64,000 bases of DNA from Antedon mediterranea (Eukaryota; Animalia; Echinodermata), in contig NC_092673.1 in assembly GCF_964355755.1 (NCBI RefSeq), positions 18,039,648 to 18,103,647 on the forward strand. Direction: 5' to 3'. The position numbers and the translations under genes are program-made. Positions 13,101 through 28,100 of this stretch are shown here, one piece after another (the first letter of the stretch is position 1; each line of letters begins with the position of its first letter). The notes under the pieces are model-generated. The model saw only the letters and a list, made by a program, of their open reading frames with translations, searched no databases and had not been told where the DNA came from.

Positions 13101-16100
13101 AATGACAGGAATTTATATAGGTGTTATATAATAATTTCTATTCATGTCCTAATTTACAACCAATGTTAAAAAATAGTAAATCTACGTGTTATCACGTGAT
13201 GCTCTTTCATCCAATCTCTAGATGGTAAATGTTTGAGCCATGACATAATACTGTATGTATGTGATGCGTATTAAAGTGTGTTATATTGTATATCAATAAT
13301 TTCTCAAAAACTACTAATACTATACTAAACCCATTTTTTTAATAAGGATGGAAATACACCTGTCTCTGTTTTAGAAAGTAACAGGAAGATAGGGGACCAG
13401 AGAAAAACTGAAATTTTAAACTTCTTTAAAAGTAAGTGAAGTTTTAATTATTAAAATTTTGGAATCAACTAGTTTTCATTACAAACGATAAAGATTTGAT
13501 TTCTTGTTCCAAATGAAGAAGAATCAAAACTAGAAAATTAGCATTTATGATATCATTTACATGTTCAGGTAGCAATAGATTAAATAATCCACTGGGATTG
13601 TAGTAAACATGGAAGTTGTGATATGTTGCAAGATGTAAAAACCTTATTTTTTATGATTTGAAAATTGCAAATAAATTAGAACAATTATTTTGCCATTACA
13701 ATAAAAATACACAAAAATGCAAACTTTGAATTAACAATATTGAATAAGTTAGGCCACATTTTTTTTTTTTATGGAACATCATTTTTCACATCAAATCAAT
13801 CTCTTTATTCATCAATACATCAAAACAATTACACATAAAAAAAATAAAGATGTGAAGATGAACGAGACCTCCAAGAAACCCCAAGCTAGTTACAAAAAAG
13901 ACATACAAAAAATAAATTCAAATATTATTTGTTGTGATATTATCAAACAACAAGGTAAATATTTACTGGGTCGGGTAGCTAGGCCTCCTTTATGTAATAA
14001 GCCTGCCTAGTTAGGCGTTGCATTCACCTAATCTTGCGAAGAATAATATACAGATAATTACTAATTAATGATTCCTTGGCAATAAAATATTCACATCGCG
14101 TCTAGGGAGGGCTAATAACAAATGAGGGCGCTAGGTATGCATAGTTTAAATAGTTTAGTTGATTAATTTCTTCAAGCAAGTTGCGTGGTGCAACGGATGA
14201 AGCATTGTCTTGTAATGGTGTGACTAATACTTCGCAAGTTCAAGTCTCAGTAGATGACTTTTGTTTATATATCGCAAAACGAGTGTTGCCACACGAAAAT
14301 TACACTATATCAAAATATCTTCGAGAAATTACTGGATTTCATATGTTTAATGACAGGGACACGATAATTACTCGAAAATTTCTCCGTCAATATCATCATA
14401 CTCGAGGATATATACCATTTACAATTCTTGCAGTGGTACTCATGTGATGCAGTTTCAACCAATCACGTTCACATATTTACATAGGCTATGTAATATAAAT
14501 ATATATTTAGCCTTAGCTTGTTGGTACTGTTAGTAGGACTAACTAAAAAGAGAACCAAAACTGAATGTGAAACTGAAAGTTGACACACTTTTATAGGCTA
14601 AGACCGATCATATTACACTTAAGTCCAATTATGGGCAATTGCAGTTGAGTTTTACAAATAGTGTTAAATGCAATTCAACTTCAGTGGAAATGAAATGTAC
14701 TGCACTTAAGTCAAATGTATTGCACTTAAGTCAAATGTATTGTACTTAAGTTGAATACAATTGTACTTCAGTGCAATGTATTTGGCTTAAGTTTAACTTG
14801 GAGGTAACTGATAAAATTGCTTGCCATAGCAGTGATGCTTCATCTTTGGTTCGCAGATTGTTATACTAAATTCTATGTGTATAATGTTAATATATGTTGT
14901 GAATTTTCAATTATGTATACAGTTCAAATATGAGTGGGATATTCTTGTTTTTGTATACTGGTCCCCCTTCCACAATACTTGACCCCTCTCAAATTTAGCA
15001 TTAGATGCGCCCCTGCTTCAATAGGATCAAATCCCCCTTGTCATTCCCCCTCCCCAATGATATGTGTCATGAATATTTAAAAGTGTTGCCAAGCTGACGT
15101 GACTTTTTATATAGTTCTTTTATTTTAAAAATTATATGTAATTGTTTTGTTTTTGGTAATTTTTCAGATTTACCAAGTCCTGTTAGTGATCAATTTGAGA
15201 AACTAAAGGTTGAAAAACAGAATGGTGAGTTTAAGAATCATCATCAGAATTTACTTTTCACTGAATTATAAAGTATTCTAGTATCCTTCTAAACAGGACT
15301 GTCTGTATGTCAACCAATGCATATCTGTAGATACCTTGGCTTACTACTAGTAACAATTTCTCACTGAAAGTTCATTTATTGGGCACCAGACATTTGCAAA
15401 CACTAAGTAACTAATTGATAATATAATAATGTTGATTAAAAATCCAACCAATCCAATACGAAAAAAAATAAAAAATAAACAAAGCAGAAACTGTTGGCCT
15501 ACACTGTAGCTATCCACAGAATTATAGAGTATTTCAAAAAAGAGTTTGAGGGGAAAAAGTGCTTAATCAATTCAATTTCTTTTATTTCATTCTTAAATTT
15601 CATCCATACCAACAAACGTACAAACAGAAAAAAGAAAATTTGCTCTAAACTTTAAATATATAATGATATTTCTCCATCTACAATACATATGTTTGCAAAC
15701 ACAAGCAACAAGAATTTTACAACTATTCAACATACATTGCATGAAACCTTAGATAGATTTTTGCATATACTCATTAAGGGAAAGGACACTATGTTCAATA
15801 AACATCATACTGATGGCACTACTGATTCTAGAGACATTCAGTATATGGCGCAGAGCATTATTTTAGCATACATTAAGAGATCTAATTGTCTTAGATGGTC
15901 ACACCAAAGGGCAGCATAATAAAGATTAATACAATAAGATCTAAAGAGGCAACATAACATTATATTAGTAATTTGCGATTGAGTGAATCCCACCCTGTCT
16001 AACTCCATTAGATACTGGTAAATGGAATATATATGTTGTACAGGAGAGGGGACATAACCCCACCCTGTCTAACTCCATTAGATACAGGTAAATGGAATAT

Positions 16101-19100
16101 ATATGTTGTACAGGAGAGGGGACATAACCCCACCCTGTCTAACTCCATTAGATACAGGTAAATGGAATATATATGTTGTACAGGAGAGGGGACATAACCC
16201 CACCCTGTCTAACTCCATTAGATACTGGTAAATGGAATATATATGTTGTAGAGGAGAGGGGACATAACCCCACCCTGTCTAACTCCATTAGAGACTGTAA
16301 ATGGAATATATATGTTGTACAGGAGAGGGGACATAACCCCACCCTGTCTAACTCCATTAGATACTGGTAAATGGAATATATATGTTGTACAGGAGAGGGG
16401 ACATAACCCCACCCTGTCTAACTCCATTAGATACTGGTAAATGGAATATATATGTTGTACAGGAGAGGGGACATAACCCCACCCTGTCTAACTCCATTAG
16501 ATACTGGTAAATGGAATATATATGTTGTACAAGAGAGGGGACATAACCGCACCCTGTCTAACTCCATTGAATACTGTAAATGGAATATATATGTTGTACA
16601 GGAGAGGGGACATAACCCCACCCTGTCTAACTCCATTAGATACTGTAAATGGAATATATATATGTTGTACAAGAGAGGGGACATAACCCCACCCTGTCTA
16701 ACTCCATTAGATACTGGTAAATGGAATATATATGTTATAAAGGAGAGGGGACATAACCCCACCCTGCCTAACTCCATTAGATACTGGTAAATGGAATATA
16801 TATGTTGTACAGGAGAGGGGACATAACCCCACCCTGTCTAACTCCATTAGATACTGGTAAATGGAATATATATGTTGTACAGGAGAGGGGACATAACCCC
16901 ACCCTGTCTAACTCCATTGGATACTGTAAATGGAATATATATGTTGTACAGGAGAGGGGACATAACCCCACCCTGTCTAACTCCATTAGATACTGGTAAA
17001 TGGAATATATATGTTGTACAGGAGAGGGGACATAACCCCACCCAGTCTAACTCCATTAGATACTGGTAAATGGAATATATATGTTGTACAGGAGAGGGGA
17101 CATAACCCCACCCTGTCTAACTCCATTAGATACTGGTAAATGGAATATATATGTTGTACAGGAGAGAGGACATAACCCCACCCTGTCTAACTCCATTAGA
17201 TACTGGTAAATGGAATATATATGTTGTACAGGAGAGGGGACATAACCCCACCCTGTCTAACTCCATTAGATACTGGTAAATGGAATATATATGTTGTACA
17301 GGAGAGGGGACATAACCCCACCCTGTCTAACTCCATTAGAGACTGTAAATGGAATATATATGTTGTACAGGAGAGGGGACATAACCCCACCCTGTCTAAC
17401 TCCATTAGATACTGGTAAATGGAATATATATGTTGTACAGGAGAGGGGACATAACCGCACCCTGTCTAACTCCATTAGATACTGGTAAATGGAATATATA
17501 TGTTGTACAGGAGAGGGGACATAACCCCACCCTGTCTAACTCCATTAGATACTGGTAAATGGAATATATATGTTGTACAGGAGAGGGGACATAACCCCAC
17601 CCTGTCTAACTCCATTAGATACTGGTAAATGGAATATATATGTTGTACAAGAGAGGGGACATAACCGCACCCTGTCTAACTCCATTGAATACTGTAAATG
17701 GAATATATATGTTGTACAGGAGAGGGGACATAACCCCACCCTGTCTAACTCCATTAGATACTGTAAATGGAATATATATGTTGTACAGGAGAGGGGACAT
17801 AACCCCACCCAGTCTAACTCCATTAGATACAGGTAAATGGAATATATATGTTGTACAGGAGAGGGGACATAACCCCACCCTGTCTAACTCCATTAGATAC
17901 TGGTAAATGGAATATATATGTTATAAAGGAGAGGGGACATAACCCCACCCTGTCTAACTCCATTAGATACTGGTAAATGGAATATATATGTTGTACAGGA
18001 GAGGGGACATAACCCCACCCTGTCTAACTCCATTAGATACTGGTAAATGGAATATATATGTTGTACAAGAGAGGGGACATAACCCCACCCTGTCTAACTC
18101 CATTAGATACTGGTAAATGGAATATATATGTTGTACAGGAGAGGGGACATAACCTCACCCTGTCTAACTCCATTAGATACTGGTAAATGGAATATATATG
18201 TTGTACAGGAGAGGGGACATAACCCCACCCTGTCTAACTCCATTAGATACTGTAAATGGAATATATATGTTGTACAGGAGAGGGGGCATAACCCCACCCA
18301 GTCTAACTCCATTAGATACTGGTAAATGGAACATATATGTTGTACAGGAGAGGGGACATAACCCCACCCTGTCTAACTCCATTAGATACTGGTAAATGGA
18401 ATATATATGTTGTACAGGAGAGGGGACATAACCCCACCCTGTCTAACTCCATTAGATACTGGTAAATGGAATATATATGTTGTACAGGAGAGGGGACATA
18501 ACCCCACCCTGTCTAACTCCATTAGATACTGGTAAATGGAATATATATGTTGTACAGGAGAGGGGACATAACCCCACCCTGTCTAACTCCATTAGATACT
18601 GGTAAATGGAATATATATGTTGTACAGGAGAGGGGACATAACCCCACCCAGTCTAACTCCATTAGATACTGTAAATGGAATATATATGTTGTACAGGAGA
18701 GGGGACATAACCCCACCTTGTCTTACTCCATTAGATACTGGTAAATGGAATATATATGTTGTACAGGAGAGGGGACATAACCCCACCCAGTCTAACTCCA
18801 TTAGATACTGGTAAATGGAATATATATGTTGTACAGGAGAGGGGACATAACCCCACCTTGTCTTACTCCATTAGATACTGGTAAATGGAATATATATGTT
18901 GTACAGGAGAGGGGACATAACCCCACCCTGTCTAACTCCATTAGATACTGGTAAATGGAATATATATGTTGTACAGGAGAGGGGACATAACCCCACCCTG
19001 TCTAACTCCATTAGATACTGGTAAATGGAATATATATGTTGTACAGGAGAGGGGACATAACCCCACCCAGTCTAACTCCATTAGATACTGGTAAATGGAA

Positions 19101-22100
19101 TATATATGTTGTACAGGAGAGGGGACATAACCCCACCCTGTCTAACTCCATTAGATACTGGTAAATGGAATATATATGTTGTACAGGAGAGGGGACATAA
19201 CCCCACCCTGTCTAACTCCATTAGATACTGGTAAATGGAATATATATGTTGTACAGGAGAGGGGACATAACCCCACCCTGTCTAACTCCATTAGATACTG
19301 GTAAATGGAATATATATGTTGTACAGGAGAGGGGACATAACCCCACCCAGTCTAACTCCATTAGATACTGGTAAATGGAATATATATGTTGTACAGGAGA
19401 GGGGACATAACCCCACCCTGTCTAACTCCATTAGATACTAGTAAATGGAATATATATGTTGTACAGGAGAGGGGACATAACCCCACCCTGTCTAACTCCA
19501 TTAGATACTGGTAAATGGAATATATATGTTGTACAGGAGAGGAGACATAACCCCACCCTGTCTAACTCCATTAGATACTGGTAAATGGAATATATATGTT
19601 GTACAGGAGAGGGGACATAACCCCACCCAGTCTAACTCCATTAGATACTGGTAAATGGAATATATATGTTATAAAGGAGAGGGGACATAACCCCACCCAG
19701 TCTAACTCCATTAGATACTGGTAAATGGAATATATATGTTGTACAGGAGAGGGGACATAACCCCACCCTGTCTAACTCCATACTGGTAAATGGAATATAT
19801 ATGTTGTACAGGAGAGGGGACATAACCCCACCCTGTCTAACTCCATTAGATACTGGTAAATGGAATATATATGTTGTACAGGAGAGGGGACATAACCCCA
19901 CCCAGTCTAACTCCATTAGATACTGGTAAATGGAATATATATGTTATAAAGGAGAGGGGACATAACCCCACCCAGTCTAACTCCATTAGATACTGGTAAA
20001 TGGAATATATATGTTGTACAGGAGAGGGGACATAACCCCACCCAGTCTAACTCCATTAGATACTGGTAAATGGAATATATGTTGTACAGGAGAGGGGACA
20101 TAACCCCACCCTGTCTAACTCCATTAGATACTGGTAAATGGAATATATATGTTGTACAGGAGAGGGGACATAACCCCACCCTGTCTAACTCCATTAGATA
20201 CTGGTAAATGGAATATATATGTTGTACAGGAGAGGGGACATAACCCCACCCTGTCTAACTCCATTAGATACTGTAAATGGAATATACATGTTGTACAGGA
20301 GAAGGGACATAACCCCACCCTGTCTAACTCCATTAGATACTGGTAAATGGAATATATATGTTATACAGGAGAGAGGACATAACCCCACCCTGTCTAACTA
20401 CATTAGATACTGGTAAATGGAATATATATGTTGTACAGGAGAGGGGACATAACCCCACCCTGTCTAACTCCATTAGATACTGGTAAATGGAATGTATATG
20501 TTGTACAGGAGAGGGGACATAACCCCACCCTGTCTAACTCCATTAGATACTGTAAATGGAATATATATGTTGTACAGGAGAGGGGACATAACCCCACCCT
20601 GTCTAACTCCATTAGATACTGTAAATGGAATATATATGTTGTACAGGAGAGGGGACATAACCCCACCCTGTCTAACTCCATTAGATACTGGTAAATGGAA
20701 TATATTTGTTGTACAGGAGAGGGGACATAACCCCACCCTGTCTAACTCCATTAGATACTGGTAAATGGAATATATATGTTGTACAGGAGAGGGGACATAA
20801 CCCCACCCAGTCTAACTCCATTAGATACTGGTAAATGGAATATATTTGTTGTACAGGAGAGGGGACATAACCCCACCCTGTCTAACTCCATTAGATACTG
20901 GTAAATGGAATATATTTGTTGTACAGGAGAGGGGACATAACCCCACCCTGTCTAACTCCATTAGATACTGGTAAATGGAATATATATGTTGTACAGGAGA
21001 GGGGACATAACCCCACCCAGTCTAACTCCATTAGATACTGGTAAATGGAATATATATGTTGTACAAGAGAGGGGACATAACCCCACCCTGTCTAACTCCA
21101 TTAGATACTGGTAAATGGAATATATATGTTGTACAGGAGAGGGGACATAACCCCACCCTGTCTAACTCCATTAGATACTGGTAAATGGAATATATATGTT
21201 GTACAGGAGAGGGGACATAACCCCACCCAGTCTAACTCCATTAGATACTGGTAAATGGAATATATATGTTGTACAGGAGAGGGGACATAACCCCACCCTG
21301 TCTAACTCCATTAGATACTGGTAAATGGAATATATATGTTGTACAGGAGAGGGGACATAACCCCACCCTGTCTAACTCCATTAGATACTGTAAATGGAAT
21401 ATATATGTTGTACAGGAGAGGGGACATAACCCCACCCTGTCTAACTCCATTAGATACTGGTAAATGGAATATATATGTTGTACAGGAGAGGGGACATAAC
21501 CCCACCCTGTCTAACTCCATTAGATACTGTAAATGGAATATATATGTTGTACAGGAGAGGGGACATAACCCCACCCTGTCTAACTCCATTAGATACTGGT
21601 AAATGGAATATATATGTTGTACAGGAGAGGGGACATAACCCCACCCAGTCTAACTCCATTAGATACTGTAAATGGAATATATATGTTGTACAGGAGAGGG
21701 GACATAACCCCACCCTGTCTAACTCCATTAGATACTGGTAAATGGAATATATATGTTGTACAGGAGAGGGGACATAACCCCACCCTGTCTAACTCCATTA
21801 GATACTGTAAATGGAATATATATGTTGTATAGGAGAGGGGACATAACCCCACCCTGTCTAACTCCATTAGATACTGTAAATGGAATATATATGTTGTACA
21901 GGAGAGGGGACATAACCCCACCCTGTCTAACTCCATTAGATACTGGTAAATGGAATATATATGTTGTACAGGAGAGGGGACATAACCCCACCCAGTCTAA
22001 CTCCATTAGATACTGTAAATGGAATATATATGTTGTACAGGAGAGGGGACATAACCCCACCCTGTCTAACTCCATTAGATACTGGTAAATGGAATATATA

Positions 22101-25100
22101 TGTTGTACAGGAGAGGGGACATAACCCCACCCTGTCTAACTCCATTAGATACTGGTAAATGGAATATATATGTTGTACAGGAGAGGGGACATAACCCCAC
22201 CCTGTCTAACTCCATTAGATACTGTAAATGGAATATATATGTTGTACAGGAGAGGGGACATAACCCCACCCTGTCTAACTCCATTAGATACTGGTAAATG
22301 GAATATATATGTTGTACAGGAGAGGGGACATAACCCCACCCTGTCTAACTCCATTGAATACTGTAAATGGAATATATATGTTGTACAGGAGAGGGGACAT
22401 AACCCCACCCTGTCTAACTCCATTAGATACTGGTAAATGGAATATATATGTTGTACAGGAGAGGGGACATAACCCCACCCTGTCTAACTCCATTAGATAC
22501 TGTAAATGGAATATATATGTTGTACAGGAGAGGGGACATAACCCCACCCTGTCTAACTCCATTAGATACTGGTAAATGGAATATATATGTTGTACAGGAG
22601 AGGGGACATAACCCCACCCTGTCTAACTCCATTAGATACTGTAAATGGAATATATATGTTGTACAGGAGAGGGGACATAACCCCACCCTGTCTAACTCCA
22701 TTAGATACTGGTAAATGGAATATATATGTTGTACAGGAGAGGGGACATAACCCCACCCAGTCTAACTCCATTAGATACTGTAAATGGAATATATATGTTG
22801 TACAGGAGAGGGGACATAACCCCACCCTGTCTAACTCCATTAGATACTGGTAAATGGAATATATATGTTGTACAGGAGAGGGGACATAACCCCACCCTGT
22901 CTAACTCCATTAGATACTGGTAAATGGAATATATAGGTTGTACAGGAGAGAGGACATAACCCCACCCTGTCTAACTCCATTAGATACTGGTAAATGGAAT
23001 ATATATGTTGTACAGGAGAGGGGACATAACCCCACCCTGTCTAACTCCATTAGATACTGGTAAATGGAATATATATGTTGTACAGGAGAGGGGACATAAC
23101 CCCACCCTGTCTAACTCCATTAGATACTGTAAATGGAATATATATGTTGTACAGGAGAGGGGACATAACCCCACCCTGTCTAACTCCATTAGATACTGTA
23201 AATGGAATATATATGTTGTACAGGAGAGGGGACATAACCCCACCCTGTCTAACTCCATTAGATACTGGTAAATGGAATATATATGTTGTACAGGAGAGGG
23301 GACATAACCCCACCCTGTCTAACTCCATTAGATACTGGTAAATGGAATATATATGTTGTACAGGAGAGGGGACATAACCCCACCCTGTCTAACTCCATTA
23401 GATACTGTAAATGGAATATATATGTTGTACAGGAGAGGGGACATAACCCCACCCTGTCTAACTACATTAGATACTGGTAAATGGAATATATATGTTGTAC
23501 AGGAGAGGGGACATAACCCCACCCTGTCTAACTACATTAGATACTGTAAATGGAATATATATGTTGTACAGGAGAGGGGACATAACCCCACCCTGTCTAA
23601 CTCCATTAGATACTGTAAATGGAATATATATGTTGTACAGGAGAGGGGACATAACCCCACCCTGTCTAACTCCATTAGATACTGGTAAATGGAATATATA
23701 TGTTATAAAGGAGAGGGGACATAACCCCACCCTGTCTATCTCCATTGGATACTGTAAATGGAATATATATGTTGTACAGGAGAGGGGACATAACCCCACC
23801 CAGTCTAACTCCATTAGATACTGTAAATGGAATATATATGTTGTACAGGAGAGGGGACATAACCCCACCCTGTCTAACTCCATTAGATACTGGTAAATGG
23901 AATATATATGTTGTACAGGAGAGGGGACATAACCCCACCCTGTCTAACTCCATTAGATACTGGTAAATGGAATATATAGGTTGTACAGGAGAGAGGACAT
24001 AACCCCACCCTGTCTAACTCCATTAGATACTGGTAAATGGAATATATATGTTGTACAGGAGAGGGGACATAACCCCACCCTGTCTAACTCCATTAGATAC
24101 TGGTAAATGGAATATATATGTTGTACAGGAGAGGGGACATAACCCCACCCTGTCTAACTCCATTAGATACTGTAAATGGAATATATATGTTGTACAGGAG
24201 AGGGGACATAACCCCACCCTGTCTAACTCCATTAGATACTGGTAAATGGAATATATATGTTGTACAGGAGAGGGGACATAACCCCACCCTGTCTAACTCC
24301 ATTAGATACTGTAAATGGAATATATATGTTATAAAGGAGAGGGGACATAACCCCACCCAGTCTAACTCCATTAGATACAGGTAAATGGAATATATATGTT
24401 GTACAGGAGAGAGGCCATAACCCCACCCTGTCTAACTCCATTAGATACTGTAAATGGAATATATATGTTGTACAGGAGAGGGGACATAACCCCACCCTGT
24501 CTAACTCCATTAGATACTGTAAATGGAATATATATGTTGTACAGGAGAGGGGACATAACCCCACCCTGTCTAACTACATTAGATACTGGTAAATGGAATA
24601 TATATGTTGTACAGGAGAGGGGACATAACCCCACCCTGTCTAACTACATTAGATACTGTAAATGGAATATATATATTGTACAGGAGAGGGGACATAACCC
24701 CACCCTGTCTAACTTCCATTGGATACTGTGGATTGGAAACCGAGTTACCCCAATCTCATACCAACATTTGAGCAATTTAACAATACAAAGATTCATACCA
24801 TTGTTAATGAGCTTACTATGAAGAGTCCACATTGCTTGACTTGATCAAAAGCCTTACTGGCATCTAGAGAGCAGGCAAAAACTGGACTACCATTTCTATT
24901 GTAGTAGTCAATGACATGTTTTAATACAAAGATACAAGTATCAGTCGAGTGTTTTGCTATTAAATGCAAATTGGTAGTCGCTGGATTCAAATGAGTTACC
25001 ACAGTGACTGATCAAAATAAATTAAAAAAACTTAGATAATACAGAAGCTAAAGCATAGGGGTATAGTTGTTGTTATTAGTAATATCACCTGATTTACTCT

Positions 25101-28100
25101 TAACAATCGGCACTAATAACTAGAATAACACATGACCATGACACAGCATATCATTCAAGCATAAACTCAATAAGATATTAACCCTTTAAAGACATGGCCC
25201 GCATCCCATACGGGGTAATTTACTGTCCCAGGACATGCAATCAGGCGCAGGATTGGTTAAAGCAAATAACAGAATAGGCAAATTGGTTGGTTTTTTCATT
25301 GGAAAGCAGCAAATAAGCCTATCCTACAACACTGCCAAAAGCAGTCCCACTGTCCATTTGACCAATCCTGCGCTTGTTTTAAGACATGAGGCCCGTATAT
25401 GTACGGGTTGACTTTTTGGGGTCACTAAATTGCACTTTTTGAGCATTTGACCTTTGAACTAGGCAAAACAAAATTTTTACATAATAAATCCAACAATTGC
25501 AGAAAGTTATAGTCATAAAAATGGATTTTTTCATTTTTCCTAAACCTATTAAAAATACTTTATTTAGCCTCGGTCACTTGGGGTAGAAGAAACCTTGCGT
25601 CTTCAAATGGTTAAGTCCTTTACTAGCATATTTATTGTGTGCACAATAATAATTTATTATTATACTGTATGACACACACACATCAATGTAAACAATTAAC
25701 CATTACAGTGTGTTACATGCATAGATATGAATGCAGATGTAGAAAATGTGTAATGGAATAATAGGAATAAAGATTGTATGAAATTGTCTGTTAATCCTGG
25801 AAAGTTCAATTTCAATTTCAATATTATAACATAAAAAAACATAAAACCTAGTTTGTTAATAAATATAATTGCATATAAATACAATGAAAAGTAGTTCAGT
25901 CATGTGGGTGGATTGGGAGGGGGTGGGGGGGGGGAGTAATATAAGTCAGAAGATATAACATTAAATACAAAAAAGAAAAAGAAATACATGAACTAATAGT
26001 ATATATTTTAAAAAAACAAAGCCACAATTTAAACCACTTTATCCGATCTTAACAGGTCTTATTATAATATATATATTTAATGTTCATCATATCTAGAAAG
26101 TAAAAGACTAAACATTAATTTAGAAACACAGTGTAAATATCTACAATAGAATGAGTATTGTATATTCTGTTCATATCATTATTAATAAGCTGGTGTGGTG
26201 TTGATACACAACAGAAACTGGCCACAATAAAAAATGAATGAAAATTAAATATAACTATTCTATAAATATAACCATTGAGAAGTAATTTCTTCATGATATA
26301 AATAAACACATGTGTATGATAAATCAGGTTGAAATAAAATAATTTGCATTGTGTAATGAAGACAATTGTGGCAATGGCTATTTATCAAATACCATTAAGT
26401 AATATCTTACATTAGATTTTTATTTTTCAGATCAAATTATGGAAGTAATTGTGGGATCTGCTGGTGAAACGCTTCATCTTAAGGATGAAGACATCAAGTT
26501 GGAGATACATTCTGAAGCAATTAAAGGGGAGAAAGTTAAAGTATCGCTAGAAAATTGTTTTGAGGAAACAGAATTTCTTGTACTTCATCCTCATGAATCA
26601 ATAATATCACCTATTGTTAAATGTGGACCAGAAGGCACCACCTTCAACAAACCCATTCCATTGTCATTTCCACACGATGCTGTAAATGAACAAAATTGGG
26701 AATTCACTCTACTTGTTAAAGGTCGCATTCAAGATGAATGGAAACCAATAGCATTGACAGATGATAGAAAGGATGTACATTTTACTTTAAGCAACGGTCG
26801 ATGTTATGTAACTATAAATCATTTTAGTTGGTATACACTAAAGGGTTTAAGAAAGTTCTTTCGTGCTAAGAAAAAAATGTTATTAGGAGTTTTTGGAAAG
26901 ATGCTTGCAAAGGATGAATATCAACTTCAAACAAGACTTTTTAAGCCGTCAGATGAAAAGGTAATTGTTATAATTTGTTGTTGAACTGTATTTGAATAAT
27001 GTATTCTTACTTACATTATATTATAGCTGTTCAAAATACAATACAGTAGTTGCTTTGTCACAAAGGATAGTTGTTGTTACTGAGTGGATCTTGTATTTCA
27101 TTGAATATTATGTTAGCTTAAAGCAAACATTGAATTAAATTGACATAATACTTCCAATATTTTTATTTATTTTAAAATGGTACAGTATTAAAAATGCGAG
27201 ACCAAGACTGTACACTATCAAGATTTAAACATGGTTGCATTGTCTGGCTTGCTTTTCCTTTGAATAATTAGGAAGCATTGTACACAGAATAATAAATATA
27301 TTAAATGTGTTGTTTGTACAGTATTACATATATATTTCAGACGATAGAAAAAGAACACAAAGAAAATGGTGAGCAGATGTTAAGACAGCCTATAGAAATA
27401 CTCTGTATGTCTGAAGACATGAAAATTACTGTTGAAGTATTAGACCAGAAATGGAAAATCCAGGAGGTCTCTAAAGAACCACAGGTAAAAACATTTGTTG
27501 AATAAAAATGTAAAACTGTATAATATTATAATTATAGACCTTATATAACAGCTTTGGTAGGTTGAAATGGTAAAGAATATAATTATAATTATTTATTTTG
27601 AGCTGTAGAACTTGAGGCGAGAATTTGTATATAGGCGAAAATTTTAATGGTGATTAGAACAGCATACCCAGATTTTAATCTATTTATGGAAGAAGGGCAA
27701 ACAACATGTAGAAGTGAGTTCCAATCCTCAACTGATGTAAAAAAGTGTCTCCTTATTTCCTGTTTTGTTGTGAGCTTTGACAACTTTAAGGAATTACCTT
27801 GTTTTTGTAAAAGTTGATTTCCAAAGTAGCCTGTTACTTTCAATGGGATCTATATTGTTAATTATCTTGTATATTTGGATAATGTCTGCCCTTTTTTCAG
27901 TAATCCATTTAGTAGTTTCAGAATCTTGAGCCTATCAACATATCCAGTGCCTTTTAAATCAAATACTAATCAAGTGGATCGCTGTTGAACAAGCAAATTT
28001 AAATCTTTCTAGAACCTTATAATCTAAGCACTTAGATATATTCTATAATAGGCCTAATCAGAGATTTATAGAGAGATGTATAAACTTTTTCCATCTAAAT

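Larger units (their letters stand above)
15690..25640 (-). mobile_element. Decayed LINE ORF2 hosting the RT-derived satellite and a piggyBac-like MITE
   Basis: Minus strand KYASKGLNILLSLC (25640-25140), HSTDTCIFVLKHVIDYY..SLDASKAFDQV (24793-25002), then the repeat, then LFRSYCINLYYAALWCD (~15895-15950). Confidence 0.85.

Noticed and set aside
15989-24729. CRISPR-like array or RT-associated repeat-spacer system
   Set aside because: Units are head-to-tail with no unique spacers, there are no cas genes, the context is eukaryotic, and the unit is LINE RT sequence
16148-24832. Dozens of short overlapping ORFs (MELDRVGLC.., MLYRRGDIT..)
   Set aside because: Artefacts of the 69/70-bp tandem repeat; the frame shifts with every 70-bp unit
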